DNA from: Catajapyx aquilonaris
Lineage: Eukaryota
Reading direction: 5' to 3'
DNA: 41,004 nt
Assembly: GCA_000934665.2 (NCBI GenBank)
Contig: JYFJ02003480.1
Span: 1 to 41,004 of the forward strand
Shown: one piece after another, positions 34,940 to 41,004 of the stretch
Position numbering within the stretch: the stretch's first letter is position 1
Layout: every line of letters begins with the position of its first letter
The notes under the pieces: generated by a model
Database searches by the model: none
Told to the model about the DNA's origin: nothing
Seen by the model: only the letters and a program-made list of their open reading frames with translations
Made by a program: the position numbers and the translations under genes

Positions 34940-37445
34940 TCACAGCTGATGAATAAATTTCTTCCCACTGTAGAAAATATCATTATGACACTCTACATCA
35001 ACCCTCCAGCGTTCTTTCCCCTTCTTTACAAGAATTTTGGATACATCATCCCCGAAGTTCCAGCTGTCAACTGCTCCAATTGTCTGCAGCTTTTGGCAAT
35101 TCAGCATTAGCATGTCTAATGTCTGTAATCCCAGAGAAGGGGCTTCCATCACAGAGAATACTTCTAACTCCATCAAACCCTTTCCACAAAATATATTTGC
35201 CATTTCAGAATCACCTAGTGAAGAAGTATGCCTCCAATACAGTTCCTTCAGTCCTGCAGCTGACTCCAACAGTGGGCACAAAACTCCGTCATCAATAATG
35301 TCGAATGAAATCAGATGTACTAGCGAGGGAAATGCAAGAGGTAATGTTGAAACCTTCTTTCGGACTTCGTACAACAGAAGAGATTCCAGTCCTGGGCAGG
35401 TTTTGGAAAGTCTAGATAAATCCAGGACACCAACCATATCCGAAATTTGCAGTCTCTGTAAAGGAAAGCCCAGTAATTACACACTAGAATATGAATCCCT
35501 GCCTTGATTTTATTCAGGGAAATACAGGGTCATCGAAAAAGAATGTCCCAATTTGAAAACTCTTTCACTCGAAAACTTGTAGACATATCTAAGTTTTGAA
35601 GTTTTGAAATGCTCAGAAGTGTCTAAGCACTCTAAGGTTTCGGCCTTACCATAATTTGTTTCGACATGAGCTCTGTTTGTCGCTCGAAAAATTAAAATAC
35701 GGTAATTGGTGTCTTGCCAAACCTGCTCATCAGTTTTGTGCCCACTGTTGGCGTTACCTTTGCAATCTTATCCCGTGTGTGCTGAAGATGCCCAATCTTT
35801 TCACCATGTACATGACTCCACAGAAAAGTCCATCGGGCTAAGATCTGGGCTTCTGGGTGGGCTAGGCATGGGGAAACTTCTCATTCAAAACTTCGCACAC
35901 TGGGTGGCTAAACAAATGAAACTTCTCTATAGCAGGTTTGTTTCATGGATGGGGCGACTTTTTATTTGAATCATCAAGAACAATGTGTGTGGTGTAAATA
36001 TCCGAGATATCCAGCACCTACGGGATAGGATTGATAGGGTTTGGCACAACACCGATTACCGCCTTTTTTATCTGCCGAGTGACACATGAAGATCATATTG
36101 AAACAAACTATAAGGTAAGACCAAAACTTTAGACCTTTCTTAGCATTTCAAAACTTAAATCATTCAGATATGTCTACAAGTTTCCGAGTCGTAGGGTTTT
36201 CAAATTGGGACATTCTTTTTCGATGACCTTGCATAATAACCAATCAGTTTAGTGTTTAAATAAAACTTGCTGAGTATTTACAAAATTTTCATGGTGGGTA
36301 ATTTTGAGCCTTTGAGAAGGCTTACATCAAGTGGGAGATTCCAATTTTCCCTCCATTATTATTATTATATGCATGCAGTGTACGAGGAAATGGAATAGGT
36401 GAATGTGACTTTTAATATGCATTGGAACTTTCAGTTTCAGCACTTAAAACATCCCTAACCATAGTTCTCCAAACTGAAAAACATTTACAAATGGCTTGTC
36501 ATAATGCAAGTAATGTATTTGTGCACAGAGTGTAATGGTGTCTAACTGCAAGTGGCAATGTGGCAATCAGAGCAATTGCATTTAAAATTGTGCCCTTGCA
36601 GTGAAATCCTGGAAAATTTCAGGCAGGTAGCCAGTACAAATCCTATCTTTCGATTTTCGAAAATGATGCCACACTCTGATGACAGGCTCAAGATTTGGGG
36701 GGTGGGGGGGGGGAGGAGGGAAAGGAGGAGTAGGAGAGAGAGAGAGGGGAGGGAGGAGGAGGAGAGTACACAGCATGCAGGCAACATTGCCTTTCACTTC
36801 TGGGCAAAAAGTTCTTTGCTACAGTTATGTCTTCACAAAAAAAGCATCATTTTCAATTTCCTGTATATAAAATTTCCACACAGCAGTTCCCCGAGGCTTA
36901 AAGCCGCAAATGTTAATTGGCCCTACATTTAATTCACAATTTGGTACCAAGCAGGGATCTTGCACCATGCTGGCAAAGAACAGTCTGGAACAAGCAGAAA
37001 ACCTATTGTAACATCTTTGAACTACTGGATAACAGCTGTATGCCAATAGTGCCCTGGAAAGCATCTTTGAAGATGCAAGTGGTGGGTGGTCATAGTTTTA
37101 GTGTAAATATTTTCTGACTTCTCCAGCCTCTTCTTTACGTACAATGCTATAAACAAGAACTCAAACAAGTTAAATATTGTCAATCCTGAGAAAAAATAAT
37201 GCCTTTACCTTCAGGTTGTGTCCAACTTTTCCCAGTATAGCAGACAGCATATTCCACCTGGTGCCAATCAGCACCAGAGTAGACAGGTTCCTCAGAAGAC
37301 CCATTCTTGCAGATGCAGAACTGTGTATATGGTACAAGGCAATGTGATTCAAGTTGGGGCAAAAGGATGCCAGCATCTCCAGCTGCTTTCCACTAGTTTC
37401 CATGCCGCTGATCCTCGTCAATGACAATTCCTTGGCCTTGATCAT
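34940..37445 (-). CDS. Leucine-rich-repeat (F-box/RNI-like) protein, last two exons, 5' partial
   Basis: Exons 37445-37209 (preceded by acceptor ttctag, donor AAG|gtaaag) and 35455-34940 (acceptor tttacag, TGA) join in phase 0. Repeats LASFCPNLNHIAL, LRNLSTLVL, LSKTCPGLESLLL, FPSLVHL, LMLNCQKLQTIGAVDSW. Confidence 0.8.
35525..36231 (-). mobile_element. Non-autonomous Tc1/mariner deletion derivative, copy 2
   Basis: TA|CAGGGTCATCGAAAAAGAATGTCCCAATTTGAAAAC...TTTTCAAATTGGGACATTCTTTTTCGATGACCTTG|CA; imperfect TIRs over 100 bp; minus strand encodes PPRSPDLSPMDF; lies in the last LRR intron. Confidence 0.9.
36698..36765. repeat. Purine-rich low-complexity tract (G/GA/GGA)
   Basis: Poly-G followed by (GA)n and (GGA)n. 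Confidence 0.85.
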
Positions 37446-37843
37446 CTAGAACATCATTTGTAAAATGAAATGAAAGTTACATTGTGGTGCATCAGTTCCT
37501 AGTTTCCCTTCACACTTTTTCCCCTAACTGAAACCTGATTTTGCCCTTCATCATAAAACCAATGAATCGATCCACCCATCAAGAAATTTCCCTATAAAAT
37601 GGGGAGTCAGCTATGAAACTGGTGATGTTAATTCACAAACATTGCAATCATAATCATCTCAACAACCCAAATCTAGCCATACCACTAGCCCACCCCCAAA
37701 CATGCATATGCACTACAGTTCATGCGACCATGTCCAAGGCGGAACTTGATACACATCTTAAATGCCAATTGTGTAATTGATCTCAACACAAACTGCATTC
37801 ACCTAATAGCAATGGCTTGCTGAATAATCCAACCAGCCCTTAA

Positions 37844-39303
37844 CCCTTTGAGGCCTACAAACATCATAATAATTATGATGTCTTGCTGGTTTTTGAACTG
37901 GGCGCACTCGAGTTTAGACAGAAATGGACCAGTATGACCATTAGCTCTTGGTATGACTTGAAAACGTTCACGTCATACCAAGAGCTAATGGCCACACATT
38001 TTTTTGTATGTAACATTTTCGTATGTCATGCATATTTTAGCATGTCATGTGCATTGTCCTTATTAGTAGCTTGCTGACATGATTGATGACGAATGTATAT
38101 TTTTGGTTTAAATTATGACCCTCCATTACAGTGTCCATTATTAGTAAAAAGAACATATAATGTAACCTGTTTCATTTACCAAATCACATTTAAAAAATAT
38201 ACTGAGTTGATGATGATGATATGTATGCCACGCACAGTACTTCGAATCGACTTCTGACGCCTATTTAGTAAGGTGTTGTTGTGCCCGTGTCGATCTTATA
38301 ACGTCTGTAATGCAGGAACATTTGTTCATTGTTGTCGAACTATGGCTGCAATTGCTCCACGAGTCAAATCATTATACAAACACACTGTTCTTGCAATGGA
38401 CCCTGTGGAAAAAAGTGTCATAACCTTACATAATTCGTAGGAATTTCATATACTTAACCCCCCTCATATTAGGGTGTTCAAATCATATAATGTCCGCAAC
38501 GCGCACAATAACCTGACTGTCCCTCTCGTGTGTATATGTAGGATGTCGGTTCATGGTGTATATGAAAGTACACATCCTTATTGTTCCTTTGGCCATATCC
38601 ATTTCATCATCAAGGATGCACCATCGTGGAAGCGGACATCTTTCCCCCTTTGTGCTTGCAATAAATTATAACTTCCATAACTCTGGAATTGCTCACATGT
38701 ACAATACTGTACTTGGCCTGATATTAAAACTCTTGGATGCCTGAAGAAGATTTATGCCTATTAATGACTAAAATATAATTGCACATTACGCAGTGCAAAA
38801 TTACGCAACCGTCTGTCAAGCTACGAAACCTGGGAACTTGAACTTACAACTGACAGAAGGAAACATTGCACAATTCAGATGCCGCTACTTTCGAGTATGT
38901 TTTTGCGGTACACCCTGTATCGCGGGTTCAAAAATCAAACCGGCTTGGAAATGTCATTCTGCCACCATGAAAACATGAGGCATACGCTGGAGTAAATCCA
39001 GCGGTTTTTCTGCCTTCCCCCCCTGTTGCGTTGGTATGCTGGCCCGAACCAAGCTCCAAACCTCCCTCCGAACCAGGTTCAACTCCGGAGGCATTGGCCC
39101 AAACCAAACGCCGAACCCGTTCCGACCTTGGCTCCACCCTCCCCCCGAACCGGCTCGAACCCGAACCAAGCTCCGACGCTCGCTCCGAACCCGGCTCTAC
39201 TCCTCCGGAGTGACTCCGCTGTTATCGGGTTTCGCGGAGCAAGGTTCGGTTCGGTTCACAACCCTGGAAAAAAACCGTCCAAAAAAACTCTGCCATCAAA
39301 GGG
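37844..39303. mobile_element. piggyBac-like non-autonomous element
   Basis: TTAA|CCCTTTGA...TCAAAGGG|TTAA (TTAA at 37840-37843 and 39304-39307); subterminal CCGAACC/GGTTCGG array at ~39040-39260. The TIR match is short, so pairing of the two ends is inferred. Confidence 0.6.
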
Positions 39304-40328
39304 TTAAATATTGACAGATTGTACGTGACGAGAGTCGTATGCAAATCATACATTCAGACCTTGTTTTACCAGCAACATCCAAATATTTCAGCTCAATGAA
39401 CCTAATTGCTACTAGAGCCAATAATTAATGGCTGTCAAACACCTATTACAAGACACTAAAATGGCACTCTAAAACTGCATGGGCATCATAAAGGCTAAAA
39501 CTCTGGTGATATATCATTACAGCCTCAGTTATACTTCGGCATTTTTGCGATAGAGCGGACATGAAGCGACGATTATTTTTTTCGTTGAATACCGCATTTG
39601 ATCACACCAATCGGATGCTCAACATCTCTACTAAACATTGCCAACCTTAAAATTGGCCAGTGTTGCTGTTCTTTGGCACCAGCTGCTCATACGTTCAACT
39701 GTGCGCGCCAAAGGCCTTTTGGTGTCTGGGGACACGCGCGGCTTTTGGCGCCTCTGTAAGCATTGCCATTCATTCGATCACTTCTCAAGTGTGTCTGTTG
39801 GATGCAGCTTGATGTCCTCTTTCGATTGGTGTGCTTAAATTGTCGGAGGGTGATCTCTGTGTGCTTCAGTTTCAGTAACTAACCAGAGTCATCCGAAAGC
39901 CTTGGTTCGTTACCAAAAATTACAAAAAATTCCTGTACACACCTTATGCCAATGATTTGGAGCGTCAAACTTGGAAACCTCTGTGGGAGTCGCGTAATAC
40001 ATCAGTGTCCCAAGATTCAGCCCAATTCCATACCTCCATGTATTTATTTGGACGGTAACGAACCAAGCCATTTTCCTGCCGCCGAGCGTGCTCCCTCCGA
40101 TCTCGGCTCAGATAATAAGCAAATCCACGCCCAATAATGCGGAAATTTTTATGTAATGGTTTTCAGTGGCGCTGATTTCAGATCCGATGTCAGAAATTCA
40201 AAAATCAAAATGGTTGATCCAATATGGCAGACAGCATGTGCAGAGAATTGGACAGATATACAGTATTAGCGTCAAAATTAGTTTACGGCGGCTTTAGAGG
40301 GCTCTGATTTCAAATTCAATGTAAAAAG

Positions 40329-40675
40329 GGGAGGCGAAGTGGCGCTGCGGTAACGTATGCGCCCGCGGATGTTAAGGTCCCGGGTTCGATCCCAACCCGG
40401 GGTTCCCCCCTTCATCTCGCGCAGAGTAAGACCGTCTGTGGCTTCGTTTCGGGTGGCGATCCTTCCACATATGCCACCCGGGGGAGTTCACAAAACGGCA
40501 CATCAACGTCTGTGCACATGCACTTTGCACATCCCCTCCCAGTTTCCCTGCCCTTGGGTCCGGGCGTATTCAAAAATAGACAACAGCCCTTTCCCTCCAA
40601 TGGTGGTAATCCACCCCCCTATAGACGAAACAGGTCATCACGGGGTACTTAAAAAAAAAAAAAAAAAAAAAAAAA
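40329..40675 (+). mobile_element. Full-length young tRNA-derived SINE
   Basis: A box TGGCGCTGCGG (40340-40350), B box GGTTCGATCCC (40383-40393), pure A25 tail (40651-40675), perfect 13-bp TSD tcaatgtaaaaag at 40316-40328 and 40676-40688. Confidence 0.93.
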
Positions 40676-41004
40676 TCAATGTAAAAAGTTACAAATCAAA
40701 GTGGCGCGATGTGTTATCCGGACATGCCCTGATGCTACCCCCGCTTTTATTGGGAGGAAGGGGGAGAGATGCAGCTCTTCAATAGTTCTTATTTATGATG
40801 CTGAAAAAAATTTTCACGAATCCTTCATGTCATAAACAGTTGCCTCTATTTACAATGCCACTGCAAGATGGGTGGTCCGGAAGTTAACCCCTTCGGCCCC
40901 AGATCGACCCGAACCACACAGTTTTTGGCTTACGCGTACTCCGAAGATACGGACAAGATATTTTGCAAATAATAACAGCTATACTTACGAGATCTGGGAA
41001 AACC

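Noticed and set aside
35037..35507. 156-aa + strand ORF
   Set aside because: Antisense shadow of the last LRR exon; no recognisable features.
40329..40410. tRNA gene
   Set aside because: A and B boxes are present, but there is no clear cloverleaf or terminator, and it continues into a body, poly-A and TSD, so it is a SINE head.
40450..40640. Ribozyme-like hints in the SINE (GGGTGGC...GCCACCC stem; GACGAAACAGGTC)
   Set aside because: The loop is too short for an HDV-like double pseudoknot, and no CUGANGA core lies upstream of the GAAA for a hammerhead.

Overview
Intron-rich eukaryotic genomic DNA, most likely from an arthropod (inferred from the SLC6 subtype, TCAGT initiator-like motifs and many 50-80 nt introns). 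Most ORFs in the six-frame track are exon fragments or noise. Splicing by hand gives three complete + strand genes: a thiopurine S-methyltransferase (5 exons, 229 aa), a firefly-luciferase/4CL-like ANL adenylating-enzyme homologue (13 exons, 623 aa) and an SLC6 amino-acid transporter (11 coding exons, 601 aa). A 5'-incomplete LRR (F-box/RNI-like) gene lies on the - strand. The most notable signal is that the ANL gene is structurally intact but has lost its P-loop, its A8 Arg/Gly and its catalytic A10 Lys, making it a candidate conserved pseudoenzyme. Introns and intergenic DNA hold many non-autonomous transposons (hAT, Tc1/mariner, PIF/Harbinger, piggyBac-like, Kolobok-like), a young tRNA-derived SINE with older relatives, a 203-bp-arm foldback and several perfect snap-back palindromes. 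All gene models and family calls were made by eye, without database searches.
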